A stretch of DNA of 64,000 bases from Kondoa subrosea (taxonomy: Eukaryota): NCBI GenBank assembly GCA_039545335.1, contig BCIN01000002.1:1315118-1379117 (forward strand). The letters run 5' to 3'. The position numbers and the translations under genes are program-made. Under the pieces are notes generated by a model that did not search any database, was not told the origin of the DNA, and worked only from the letters and a program-made list of their open reading frames with translations. How positions within the stretch are numbered: the stretch's first letter is position 1; each line of letters begins with the position of its first letter. Below, piece after piece: positions 40,377 through 55,277 of this stretch.

Positions 40377-43060
40377 CTAATCTGATGAGGACGCAGAGCC
40401 ACTCGACGGATCGTCGCGTGGAATCGCTCTGCACATCATGCCTTCGTGTTCCTCTCTGTAACTTCCTCATTAATTGCGATGCATCAACTTATGGGACGAC
40501 TTACTTGCAAAGATGGTTAAACATGGCTTCCGGATCCGCGAAAGACTGCCAGATTATTAGTGAGCTGAGTTCAGGTTGAGGATACAGCCTGCATGGCACT
40601 GACCATTGAATCATCGCATGTACCATTGCAAGTGAAAAATGTCTCGTCCTCCAGTGTCATCTTGGTTCGCATGAGAGGCCTTGAGCTGCGACAAACGAAG
40701 ACAGCAGAAGTCGACTCACCAAGGCATGGAAGCTGCGAACATATCTAGCGGTCTTCGGATCTGCACGATTGAGAGCGTTCCACATCATCTTTAGGATTTC
40801 GCCCTGTGATTGGTGAATGAATACGACGACTATTTAAGATATGATTTGAGCTCACTTTCGTCGGGCTATAAGAGATGCATGATGCATCGAAGCGTGAGAG
40901 ATGATCTGCGTCCCAACCAGGATAAATTTTGTGATCAGGAAGCTCGGAGTCCACTCGTTTCCCAAGACAGAAATGCTCGACAGCATTCGGGAAATTGCCC
41001 ATTGGGGAGTTGCAATTCTTGCAGACGAAGAGCGTTTCGATCTTGTTTAGATCTTCTACATCGATATCTTCCGCTTCTCTTTCATCGGTTGCCGCCGACA
41101 GCTCCACTTGCTGTTGAATCCGAACCAGAAAATGATCGCGTACACTCTGGCAGAAGGCCTTCATCTCTTCTAAGATATTAGCTTTGATACGTCGAAAAGC
41201 TTCCTTGTGCTGTGCCGGTGTTAGGCTGTCGTCATCTTGTCTCTCAAGCACTAACATGTGTAAAGAAGGAAGAGACCAGATATTTGCGTCGTTCAAGACT
41301 TTTCGCCCATCCACAATCGCTATCGTTCTGATCATTGTACACAGTTGATCGTGATGTAGTTTGCGAAGCATGACCGCTCTTGGGTGGTGCCAGGGTTGTG
41401 CCAGGCTCGGTGTTCGAGCTGCGATGTGGTAAGCTCTAGCAGTCGCTCAACTAACCACAAGCGGATTGTGATGTTGTCATCAATATGTGAAGCTTGGAAA
41501 GTCTTTCTGGCCTGCAGATGCATTGTATTAAGCGGAAGTTTGCGATGAAATCTAATGACATTACTTTGAAAAGGCTTATAAATGGGAGGTCCAAGACTTG
41601 GTTGTCCAAGCAGGTGATGATCTGACTCTCGGATTCATTGTATCTTACGGCGGCATGGGCGACAAAGCTATCTCATCATCGTCAGAAGCTGTAAGGAACA
41701 ACAAAAATCACAATCACGCACTCCTTCCGATAAGTTGCCTGCCTTGCTAGTAAGTGCCTGGCTCTCGCTTCCTTCTCCTCCTTCTTTTCTCGCTTTATTC
41801 CCTCTTCTACCCAAGCGCACGACAAAGCGAATTTTTGCAGAATTTTCGCTCGCTCTTCGTGATAGGCATAGAAATACTGCTGAAAAGCTTCTGAGCCACG
41901 TGAAGCAAGAACTTCGTCTATCGTATGCAGCATTTCTTGGCCTTCTGAATTGCTCATTGTGACTGTGTATTCTGTCGCATCGATAAGGTTGCCCTCGACT
42001 GATCTGGTTCGCACTAGACTAGCTAACTTGAGGCGCAGATCGTCCAGCTGAGCATTCCAGACGCGCCGATGTTCGTATTGCGGATTTGTAGCAAATTGAC
42101 TGCCTTAATAGAGTATGGTGCCTTAATAGAGTATGGAATCAGGACTCTGTTCGAAGGAAGATGCATTGACTCACTAGCTTCAGATACAGCGAACGGCAAG
42201 CACTTCAAAAGGCTTTCGTGCACTTTGCCAAACTAATGGCGGCTACGGCAGGTAAAGCAAGCTCTGATCTTGAGGGCAAACAGTACATATTGTTTTCCAT
42301 AGGTTCTTTGACAAATCCAGCAGGTCTTGCTATCGCTATAGATTAAATGGGCGTATTGCATCTCGGTGTAATATGCTTGCGGGGGGTCTGGCCAGCAAAT
42401 AGATCGACATTCTTGTCCTTCTTCATCTCGGTATAGTTCTCCTTCGTAATTCACAGCCTCAAAGGTATAGCTGGCAGAAAAGATATTACTCATTTCTGCG
42501 TCCTTGAAGCGATGTGGATGGTTTTTCCGAGACTGAGACCATATTGACCGAGCTTCATTACTTGACAGTAGAGAGTAGAAACGTTTGCTCGTTAGTGCAA
42601 GGTGATAGAGACTAGAAGGATGTGCGTTAACAAGAATCTGTGATAACTTGTTAGCTGGTTGTCATTGGATAGAGGCGAAACTTGCCAAGCCGAAGATCTC
42701 GAAAGGCATTTCAGTGAAAAAGCAGTGAGTACTTGGAGCTTGTTTTGCTTCTTCTTTCAGCCTTCGCTTGCTCTCCTCCGCTGGATTGATGTGTCAGCCG
42801 ATGTCTCTCGGTGTGGCTCATTTACACACGACGATGTGATCCCTCAGGAGAGAATTCATCTTCGCTTTCACTGGAATGAGTAGCCTCTTCTTCGTCCAGC
42901 TCATGTTTCAAAGAATCATCTTACGTAATCATTAGTATTTGAATGACAGGACAGGAGCAAAGCGCATACCTTCTTCTTCTTCAGATCCAGCTGGTAGTAC
43001 ATCTGCTTCCCGATAGCTTATTACAGGCAACTTACCAGAAGCTCGTCGCGTGATAGGCAT
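40377..43060 (-). CDS. F-box protein with Cys-rich segments; 3' end approximate
   Basis: KMPFEIFGL|ILVNAHPSSLYHLALTSKRFYSLLSSNEARSIW F-box; YAHLIY..KTCWIC...RACFTC; later FVCKNC. Confidence 0.75.
42101..42136. repeat. Perfect 18-bp tandem duplication (TGCCTTAATAGAGTATGG x2)
   Basis: Read directly from the sequence. Confidence 0.95.
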
Positions 43061-43228
43061 GTTTCGACTTTCTGGTATTGGTCTTTGCCAGATCTGGCTT
43101 TCGCTCTGTGGGCGCTATGGGATATCTTCAGCCTTGGTAGAGCCGCCTGCACTGCACGGAATCGAGAGTTGTCCCAAGTCTTCGCGGTTTGCAGAAATCA
43201 ATATTCTTGAGTTTGACCCGTAACAAGC

Positions 43229-44003
43229 ATGTACACGCTCGCCGAGAATGACTGGATGTTCCCATTAATAATAAGCGCTTGGGTTGTGTTACTCTGCGCG
43301 TTCTATTACCAAAATTACTACCTACCTCAAACGGATGAATCCAGCAAGACTATTCTCCTTCTAGGGCCACCGGAATCAGGCAAGACCAGTTTATTCGCTC
43401 AAGTATGTCTGTTCATCAGGTCTGGCTTTCGTGCCTTTGACCGTGAGAACAGTTGGTCTATTCTGCTTTTGGTGCACCGAAATCTACCAGCAAACCAAAC
43501 ATAGGTCATGGCATCTTAACCGACATAAAAGTCTGCTCTTCACCTCTACTTCAATCTATGTTTCATTACTGACCTTTTCTGCTTAGCGATCAATTCGATA
43601 CATCGACTTACCCAGTCCAACCATGGATTCGTATTTCAGACAATATGCGAAACAAGCAGCTGGTGCTCTTCTGGTAGTGGATTCGTTGAATAAGGAAGAT
43701 TTACCAGTTATCTGTGATCAACTGGAAATGATCTTGTCGACAAAATTGAAATTGGGAATAGCAGTGACGAAGATGGATTTGTTGCAAAAGGATGATCCGA
43801 CACCTGAAACGTTTGTAGAGAAAATAAAGGATGCTATGGAGAAGGAGATGAACAGGAGAAGTACAACGGAGATTGGAAGTGAGAAGAAAAAGGACGGTGA
43901 AGCTTGGAGCTGGAAGAGTAAAGCGCCGGATACAAAGTGGATGCATGGTAGCACTGTTAATTCGACCGGACTGAGAGATCAAGTGTATCAATGGGTCAAG
44001 TAG
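43229..44003 (+). CDS. SRP102: Signal recognition particle receptor beta subunit
   Basis: N-terminal TM anchor, P-loop LLLGPPESGKTSLF, LLVVDS, IAVTKMDL, EKEMNRR. Confidence 0.75.
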
Positions 44004-44175
44004 CATGTAAATGATATTCTTGCTTCGCAGGCAGAAAGTGACAAAACATGTCGAATGCAGCCAAAGAGCAAAATATCAAGCCTTTTCAAAACAGGAAACA
44101 TGATGTGTTCTCGAAGCATGCGGACAAGAGTGTAGTTCAACTCGTTGACGATGTCGTATTGCGACCGGTTGATAA

Positions 44176-45936
44176 TCACAATGCCGATTTCCAACCACCC
44201 TGGGCGAAGACTTCTGCTACACTGGCGGCCACATGTAGAAGATGTGTATCCTCTGCAATGTGTCAGTATCATTGGTCACCACTTTGGGAGAGGCTTACGA
44301 TATCTGGCACCAACCAGTGAGAGACCGAGTGGCATTCCGGATGGTCCTTTGAAGCCTTCGCGAAGGTGTTATCAATCATCGTAATGAAAAGCAGAATCGA
44401 CTGACCTGGTACATTGATAACTGGAACATGAAGAATGGTATAGATGAGATCTGTTGAGCTCAGAATTAGCTTTGCGATAGAACATGAACAGATAACGTGC
44501 TGAACAATGCATTTCCTGTGCTTGCTAATCCTTCTGGCGCCTCGTCTACAGAGCTGGGAGTGATCAAAGCTGCGTATTGATTTGCAATAGCATCGAATTC
44601 CGGTCGCAATCTGGCGCATCCATCATAAGCTTGTAATTGAGCAGATCTTGAAAGCTTGGAAATTGGTCGTTCCACATGATCCACGATGAACGAGTCCAGC
44701 TTGTCCTTATCTCCAACGTATTCTGAAAGGAAAGCTACTCGACCTTCTCCGTCCAATACGTTCTCATGCCAGCCTTGGACTATATTAGTCGAGAAACATA
44801 GATATGAGCGAACAAGGAAGTTGCTACTAAACAGACTCTTGACATACGCTTGTCAAATTCCTCGGGTAATTCGACATCTTCTACAATGGCTCCAGCAGAA
44901 GTCAATAACTGAGCAGCAAGAGCCATAGCGTTGATTGTTCCTGGTCCAGCATGTCTCCAGGTAGGAGATTTGACAAACCCAAATTTCGCGCCTTTGATGG
45001 TGAAAGGTTGAGAGGGTACAGGTGTATCAGCTTCGAGATGGAAAACTTTGGCTAAGAGTTCAAGATCTTCGACGCTTCTCGCATACAAGCCAAGCGTATC
45101 GCACGAGATCGAGTACATCTTCAATCCTTCTCGAGAAATGGCGTTCCAAGTAGGCTTCAATGCAAAGATACCATTGTATGAGCCAGGTCTGATGGTAGAT
45201 CCGCCAGTTTGTGTTCCGAGAGACTGCCCGAGCATTAATTTCTGATTAGTGCATACATGACTACAGCGGAAGCAGCGTACGACTGGTACTTGCATGTCGC
45301 CGACGACAGCGCCAGATCCACTTGAAGAGCCTCCCGGAGTTCGAGCTGGATCATGAGGGTTCGCACAAGGTCCAGCTGTAGTGACTGCTGCGAATTCAGT
45401 GGTATGTGTCTTGCCTAAAGAAAGAAGTATTAGCTTTGGCAGTGTACGAGAGCTAGGGTCATAACGTACCAAATATCAGAGCTCCAGCTTGTCTTAGTGT
45501 TTTGACTGCTGCTGCATCTATCGCTGGGGCATCTCCTTCGTAACTGATAGTAGAGGGTTATTTGAGTATCAGAGCAGTAGGTGGAAGCGTACATAGGCGA
45601 ATGATACTGCGTAGGCATGTCCTTTGTCAGAATCACATCCTTGACTCCGATTGCAACACCATGAAGCGGTCCTCTTTCGTGCTTGGGAACTTGATCCAAT
45701 GCTTTTGCCTGAGCTAGAATAGCTTTCGGATCGATGAAAGCCCATCCGTGCACTACAGCATCCCTTTCCTTTACCCTTGCGAGTAATGACTTTCAGTCCG
45801 CGTGAAGATTAGATCTTGAGCGATAGAACGATCAGAACTCGCTTACTTGCGCGTACTGCTCAACAGTGATGGTTTCTGAAGAAATGAGAGCAGCAATCTC
45901 CGAAGCAGTTAAGCGGAAGAGTTCTTTTTGTGTCAT
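44176..45936 (-). CDS. Amidase signature family enzyme
   Basis: GPLHGVAIGVKD, GKTHTTEFA, TPGGSSSGSG, GTQTGGSTIRPGS (Lys-Ser-Ser triad), LHVPVINVP. Confidence 0.92.
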
Positions 45937-46180
45937 TGACTCGGAGTTTCGATTTAATGCACTCGACGACTTTGGATTTGATAGGAAAGATTCGGTACAG
46001 CCAATCAGGACAATCAGGCGTAAAGAATGAACGAGAACGGAGCCGCGCAAACGCTAGACAGCGATAAGCCAAAGACAATGCATCGGAACGAATGAGCTTC
46101 CGTCGCTTCGGAATGGATACAATCAACAACCCTGTATGCATGGCTTGTGTACGCAAGAACAAGCAAGGCATCTGGAAAAC
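45937..46180. promoter_or_regulatory. Bidirectional promoter of the amidase and OYE genes, with a GATAAG box and several CGG/CCG triplets
   Basis: 244 bp between divergent ATGs; CGATAAGCCA 46062-46071, ATCGGA 46082, CTTCCGTC 46097. Confidence 0.55.
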
Positions 46181-47905
<1,725 letters not shown>

Positions 47906-48128
47906 GTCATCGCTCACTTGAAGTAGCACACTGTACTAGATTCTGTCTGTATGCTCGAGCCGTAGTAGCTGGACATATCACTCGTGCTTGCTACTGTCTA
48001 CCTAGCGACTTTGAGGGACTTTGATATGTTGCTCTTGTTTTCGAAGGACCACTCTGCACTTCGACCTGAACTCGTCCGCTTGCCTGTCTCTAACAACACA
48101 ACAGTAGCTCATCAGCTCCAAATAGACC

Positions 48129-48610
48129 ATGGGCGGTTCCTCTGCAGAGTTTGATGCGAGTCAACATACAGCATCACAAGAGGAAATGGTAGCGAACCGA
48201 ATTCCATTAGGGTGCGCTTGCCTTAGATTACTGCAGCTGTCTGTCAGTGCTGAGGGAACATCGACCGCACAGATGGAGAGATCATTGCTCTGGACTGCTG
48301 ATTCCTTTGAACCGGTGTAGGCAGAAGGAGTTGTATTTGCCTTGGAGTGCGTTCTCATTTGCTTGATTTTGCTAGTCGTTAGCTGATTATCAGCTGCGAT
48401 GCACAGAATGCGAGGATGAGAGGCACAGCTATGAGAAGTGAGTCCTACTTCCGCGATATACAACGCCAGCTGATCTGGCATTAAGATGTCAATACGACGA
48501 GTATGCTTTCTTCCTCCCGATCAGGATGCTACTGACTACCTTCCAGTATGATGGATCGAATGAAGAAGCTGAATAAAAAGGTCTTGGAAGCATCTACACC
48601 GGAAGCATAA
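48129..48610 (+). CDS. NDUFB7: Complex I subunit B18 (twin CX9C)
   Basis: ASQEEMVANRIPLGWRDHCSGLLIPLNRCR...PWKCEDERHSYEKCQYD; five exons; stop 48608-48610. Confidence 0.92.
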
Positions 48611-48641
48611 AATCGGATATGCAATTGTACTAGTTTCGCCC

Positions 48642-49678
48642 TCATGCTGTTGTCACTTGCGCTGCCTGAGCTTTCGATGACAAAGGCAAAGCTACTTCCG
48701 TCAAGCCTTTCTCCCAGTTCACTCTTGCTAATCTTCTCATAGCAGGAGGTCGTTTGATCTTCTTCCATGAAGCGGTTCGGTTCTTTGCGTTCCATGCATT
48801 TGTTCTTCTTGCTCTTGAATTGGGATTACCAAACTCTCGAAGAGGTATTTGTAATTCTGCTGGGCCACCTGCACCGTGCAAATGACTTGTCGCTATTGGT
48901 AGGAAAGTATCTTTGAGGACTGCATCTTTTTTCGTATCCGGAATGTCGCTGGCATAATCTGTCAACCTGAAGTGAGTATTCTGGCGTTACGACAAAGAAA
49001 GAAAAGGGACACACCTCGTTTCGATCTTTCTCGCATCTGACCTTGCCAGAGCACACTTGTTTCCGACCCAGGTGCAACGTATTCTTTCCCTTCCCTCGCT
49101 TTCGCATTCAATGGCACTTCCGCTTTGTCTCCAAACACTCTCTGAGAAGATTCCTCGGAAACCGCACCCAATACCCTCACCGCTTCTGGTGTTCTCCTCC
49201 ATTGAAAACTCCTTCCAGCAGAACTATATCTCAATCGACTTGCTTTGATCCTCGTTGCTACCAGTTGCTTCTCCTCATTCTCTTTAGTGAGTATCAAAGC
49301 CAAATTTGAATAATGCGTATTGGGAGGTGAAACTATAGCTTGAGGACTTGCTTTTTCTTTCAAACTTGCCCCTCTTTCTTTAGTAGCTAAACTTTTACTC
49401 CTTTCTTTAACACCACCTTTCAAATAAACTTGTCCTGTTGATCTCATTACTGATTCAACTAAAGAAACAGAACCCTTCATGGAACCAGATCGAACGTAAA
49501 CCCTATCCCCTGGTTCTAAATTCCATAAGGCTATTCTATTATGCGGTTGTACGAATTTTAAGTTGACTTGACGTAAAGGTTTGGGTGTGCGAGTTCGAGA
49601 TGGACCTGGTAATAAATGTAAATGCTCGAAATTGGTTTGTCGAGTCGTTGCCCTTCTGAATGCTGCTCCTGTAGGCAT
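48642..49678 (-). CDS. MRPL40: Mitochondrial ribosomal protein uL24m
   Basis: KOW motif WNLEPGDRVYVRSGSMKG, HYSNLALI, FQWRR, NPNSRARR. Confidence 0.75.
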
Positions 49679-50390
49679 TGCACTCGTATATGATGACCTT
49701 AAGCGTCTGGCTAGAGGAGATTGGGTATAAGAGACCTTGGTTCGAGCAGAGAGAGAGAGAACCGCGAAATTCGAAAGCTTTATCGAGAAACGGCCGACAC
49801 TGATCTGTCTGGGTCAGAGACTGCTGCTGCGCTAAACAGTAGCCTGCTCTGCTCTAAGCACTCGGCCAAGCCCAATCATTGCTGTCAATTTGGGAATTCT
49901 TCCATTATCATGATGCCGGATTTCCAGTCAGATATCCACTTGTAATCAAGTCATGCCAGCTGAGGCTGCTCTACGTCATGTTTGACTGGTATGATCAATG
50001 AATCGCCCTTCCTGTAATTCTGTACTCGCCCAAAATCCTGAAAAGTTGCTTCCGTTGTCATCTTGCAGAAATGCTCTGTACTCTTCAGTCCGATCGTCTC
50101 TTTCTATCTCACGCACAATATCTTGCGCATCATTGAATGCCAAGTGTGACGACGAAGCTTTTTATTAGATCAACATCCAACCCACAGCCACTTTTTGCCA
50201 GCCGACAAGCCTTCTCAAAGACGTCTTCATTTTTGATGGCTTGTCTTGTTACTATCTCTTTGACTTGATACTTTCTCGGGCTGGTCCTTCTCATACGCTC
50301 ACACAAGACTGGTTCTCTGTGTGTTGTCGCATCAACAAGCTGGTTCTTGCACTCTCACATTCATTCATTCAATTCTCAAAAGCCAAGGTC

Positions 50391-52557
50391 ATGCGCTCCT
50401 CAGTCTTTTTCATCTTCGCTCTCTCAAGCTTGCTGGTCAATGCTGCACCAACTTTTCTCGAGCCGGTTCTCGCCAAAGATATCAACAACCCAAAACATTA
50501 CAATCCCAAAGTCTACCATGCGCTGGCGCAACGTTCAGCTCATCGTATCAGCAATAACAAGAGACAAGCAGATGGTTCCCTTATGCTCTTTGGTCCAGAT
50601 GCAGGTGTTAGCATCGCACCTCTCGCAACACCGACTGTCGCATCTTCGACCACAGATGCAGACCCAAGTCAAGCTCAGCTTCTAGCATCTCAACCATCTC
50701 AACAAGATGCGTCCAGTTCGCAATCCGCTTTCTTGGCTTTACCTACAAGAAAGTTGCCTAAGAACCCAAAGATGACAATGCAACTCGATGCCCAACCGCT
50801 TTCTTCATCAGCTGTCTCGTCATCAAGCTCAATAGTCAGCAGCTCGGTCTCGTCTTCTTTTGCCGCTTCTTCAAGCATCGCGTCTTCCTCGTCGCCTTCT
50901 TCCAGCTCTTCTTCTTCAGCACCATCTTCTACTTCTTCTCCAAGTGCCCTACATGGCGCTGTTCGAGGATCTTACTATCCTGATTGGAGTGCGGATGTTC
51001 TGCCACCTGCAGCAGTGGACTATACTAAATTCAACTTGATCTACTTTGGTTAGTTCTTTTCCTTCTCGTTCCCCTTACCAACATTGCTAATGTACATATT
51101 TGTTTTAGCATTCGCTCTACCTGATCAAAACTTCAACCTCTACTTCACTCAAACCAACTCCGTTCAATTATTGAATGAAGTAGTCAAACGAGCCCACGCA
51201 GCAGGAACATCAGTAATTGTTTCTGTTGGTGGATGGACTGGTTCGAAATACTTTTCACCAGCTGTGGCTACTTCAGCATCTCGAACTATTTTTGCCCAAA
51301 ATATTGCTCAAATGGTTTCGGATTACAATTTGGATGGTATTGATCTAGATTGGGAGGTTAGTCTTTCCTGTCTTGAGCGGAAAGGAAGAATATATACTGA
51401 CAAGAACGATAGTACCCCGGTGGACCAGGAAATCCAGGCAATATCTACAATGACGCCGATTCAGCCAACCTCTTACTTCTTCTGCAACAAATCCGTTCTC
51501 TCATTGGTGATGACAAATTGATCACTATGGCTACATCACTCAATACATTCAAAGGACCTGGTGGTGTACCTCTTACCGACGTCTCTGGTCATGCGGCTAT
51601 CTTGGATCACATCCTTCTCATGAACTACGATGTTTGGGGAGCTTCTGCCAACCCAGGTCCAAACGCACCATTATCAAACGCCTGTGGTAATTCATTACAA
51701 CCTGGTGCAAGTGCTGAAGCAGGAATTGATGCATGGTCTGCTGCTGGAATGCCTTTATCCAAAATCGTTCTTGGTTTACCAGCTTATGGTTATGTTTCAT
51801 CTTCATCTGCTACTAAACTCGTCACTCGAAGAAAACGCTCAATGCACCAAAAGGAAGAAGAAGTCTTGGTGAGGAAACCTATAAAGAGATCAGAATGGAT
51901 GGAAGCTGGTATTAGGGAAAGAAAGAAGAGGGATCAAGGATTGCCTCAACCAGGTGTTCGAACTGTTATCGATCCCGACACTGGAGCTAGTATCGTCATC
52001 TGCCCCGATAACCATGGTGGTTTAGGTTGCGACAACACACCTCGACCTTCAACTGCTGCGAATGGTATGCCTCTACCATCTGGAATTAGAGCACCTTCAG
52101 TCAAAGCAGCTGCATCTGGTGATCTATCTGCCTACACGGGATCACAAATCGGTTTCAATACTCTGGTCTCTCTTGGCGCCCTGTCGAGAAGTGCTTCAGG
52201 AGATTATACTGCTATCAACGGTTACGAGCGAAATTGGGATAACTGCTCTTCTACTGTGAGTGTTGCGACCTCTCCTGCTAATCTTGACCTCGGGACTGAT
52301 GTTTCTACTTTATAGCCATGGCTCCGTAACGCTCTTCGAGGTGTAATCGTTACATATGATGACCCAGATTCAATTCGCATCAAAGCTCAATATGCCGCAT
52401 CAAGAGGTGTTGGAGGTGTGGCATTCTGGGATATGGCCACGGATGATCAGGGAGACTTGATGGAAGGTGAGTTTCGGGAATTTCAATTGAATGAAACTCT
52501 AATGAAAAATATGTTCTCGGTCCAATAGCTGCCCTAGAAGGTTTCGGGTTCCAGTAG
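50391..52557 (+). CDS. GH18 chitinase, secreted
   Basis: Signal peptide, Ser-rich prodomain, SYYPDW, SVGGWTGS, DGIDLDWEYP, LMNYDVWG, KIVLGLPAYG, TYDDP, GVAFWD. Confidence 0.94.
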
Positions 52558-52705
52558 ATGCACTTAACATTTGAGGGTTTCAAGAGGATTTTTGTGTCTG
52601 GAAAGTTTAGAGAAATCAAAGTCAAATGTACAGAATAGTTTTCCATCATCAAAGAAGTTTCGCTTTCTCGACTCTTTGATGTCACATAGTGACATTTGTC
52701 TTTAT

Positions 52706-54163
52706 TCATTTCAAGGTTGGACTTTTAGCTGCTCCTTTAATAGAGAATCCCTTTGCGGAAGTTGAAGTCACCGCAGCGGTGAACAATCTTCCTCTACCCT
52801 CTGTTCCTCGTGGTACCACTTTCTTCTCTTCTTCTTGGTTCCTTGAACTTCGAGGAGCAGTAGGCGGCAGCGGTGGTGGTGATAGTTGAGAAACTTTGGG
52901 GCCTTTAGGTATTTCAGTGCTGGGGACGGAAGAAGAAGATGCTTTTGGTCCTTTTGGGGGATCAAATTTAGGTCCAGAAGGTAAAGGCTGGTTTATAGAA
53001 TCAGGAAGTAAAGTCAGAGGTCCAAAGGGCCGGAGCGGTTCAACTGATTTAGGTCCGGTCGGCAATGAAGTAGATTCTTTGGTAGGCTGAGGACTGGGAT
53101 CCTTGTCCCACGGTGATCGAATCATTGGTAGAGGAGAGACTGGTCTGGTCGAAGTAGAAACAGTAGCTTTGGGTTCACGACGAGGAGAGATTGAACGATG
53201 GGAAGAATTCCTTGAACGACCTAACGAATCCTCTTCTGCTCGTCTATCACTTCGCCTAGAGTCTTCTCTACGATGACCACTATCCCTTCTGCTTGACCTA
53301 TATTCATCGTCTCGTCTACTTGGCCTGTCTTCTTCATCTTTTCTGTGCGAGCGTTCTTCATCTTTCCTTCTTCGACGATCATCTTCAGGCCTTCTTTCCC
53401 TTCGATCGTGTTCACGTTCAGGTGAAGGTCTTCTCCTTTCAACTGAAGATCTACGCTTCCTTCTCGATTCCACAGATCTACTTCTTTTCCTCTCTCTTTC
53501 TCTAGTAGGTTCGGGAGACCTGCTCCTTTGCCTCTTTTCCCTTTCTTGCTGTGGTTCTTTAGGTGTTTCCCTTTCCTTTCCCTTTTGGTGTTGTTGTTGC
53601 TGCTTAGCCAAAGCATAATACTCTTCTATCTCAACCTCCAATTCCCCTATAAGCAGTTTATAATCTTCAACCACTTTCAACAAATCTTCTTCTCTTTGCC
53701 TAGCTTCATGCAGTTCACCATTCCGAGAAGTAGATAATAATGAATAAAGGGAATCGTTTTCTTCAACTAAAGAATTGATGAGATCTAAACTTGCTTGATC
53801 GTTCTTTGATTGCGAGGAAGAAGCAGAAGAAGAGGAAAGAAGAGCGGCATGTAAGTTTGCTAAGAGGTTAAGTATTGAATGTGGTAGAGTAGAAGCAGAA
53901 GGCAGAGGTTCGGCAGAAAGGGAAGTAGATACGTAGGTCGTCAATTCAGCTAGAGCGGACTGTTGATTCCATGCATGAGACACACTCGATGGTAGCAGGA
54001 GAGAAGAAAGACATACGGATAGAGCTGCTTCCCTAGCTTGAGAGGCTCTGAGCTTCTGTTGCAAATCTGAAGTGATCACTTGAGAAGTCGAAGCCTGCCG
54101 TTCCTGCTCTATATTCTCAGCTTATAATCGTAGTGTAGCATATTTACACACATCCTGATCCAT
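52706..54163 (-). CDS. Coiled-coil plus Arg/Asp/Glu/Ser-rich protein, likely nuclear RNA-processing factor (WTAP/Mum2-like candidate)
   Basis: 457-codon exon; N-terminal coiled coil, RS/RE/RD low-complexity region, PxGPK repeats, FSIKGAA end. Confidence 0.7.
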
Positions 54164-54245
54164 TCGAGCCAATGTCAGTGACCGTAGCTGTTCAAGCAAC
54201 TCGAATTGAAAATTAGAGAGGTTGCATTCGAACAGCCGCTCACAA

Positions 54246-55277
54246 ATGGTCTGCCTACGTCTACTCACTCGCTAGATGTGTATTGAAACAGCCAGGACAG
54301 TCCTCAGACGAACAACCTACTCGGCTTTGGCGTGTCAGGCGAACAGTACTAGAATTATGCAGAGATAGGGTGAGCTTCTGAAGCGCTCTGTTTGGCAGGC
54401 TTGGCAGCTGAAGACTTCGGGATGGTCTTACAGGGCTATCAGATCTCTGAAGATGAAATCAAAATGACCTTGGCCGACTTCACACAGCGTTACGGTGATG
54501 GAGAAGGTGTCGAGTCGGTCTCGTTCTTCCCGCTCGTTTGCGGGACCGAAAGATCTAATGCACGTCCTACTGTTATACAGTAAATCTGCTCTGAATTTCT
54601 TCGCTACAAAACCAGAAGATCAAAATCAAAAGATTTATATCTTCTTCTCTGACGAACCTAGTGTGGGTATCAAGACTATGCGAAGGTGCGCTCGAGGTGT
54701 TCTTCAGCTCTCTATGAAAGCTGCTGATTTTCTTTGTGCGTACAGGTTCATTGGAATTCTGGATGACAAGCAAGTACAAGTTGGGATTATCATTTGGTCG
54801 CAAGCAATGACTTCAGCAGCGAAGAAGGTTCGCTTCTTACTTACTTTCTCACTCCTTTGTACTAATTATCAGAACTCTCCCAGGTCAGGATCAGAGATTG
54901 CTTATCAGCTTACACTGATCCACGGTTCTGGTTTTCTAACAGCTCATCAGCGGCATATCAGCAGATTACACAATAGAAGACTTCCAAGAAGCAGATCTAC
55001 TAGTGAATATAACAGATCATCAATTAGTTCCGCCGCATCAAATAATCACACCGCAAGAAAAGAAGGAATTGCTCAAGAAATATCGACTGAAAGACTCTCA
55101 ATTACCTAGAATCCTCATAACGGATCCAGTTGCAAAGTATTATGGGTTGAAAAGAGGGCAGGTGGTTAAAATTACTAGACCTTCGGAAACGGTGAGCAGA
55201 GATTGCTTCAGATTCTCTAATACTGATGCGGAATGCTCCAGGCCGGGCGTTACGTGTCGTATCGTATAACTGTATGA
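54246..55277 (+). CDS. RPB5: RNA polymerase I/II/III shared subunit RPB5
   Basis: [69 protein letters not shown]. Confidence 0.96.
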
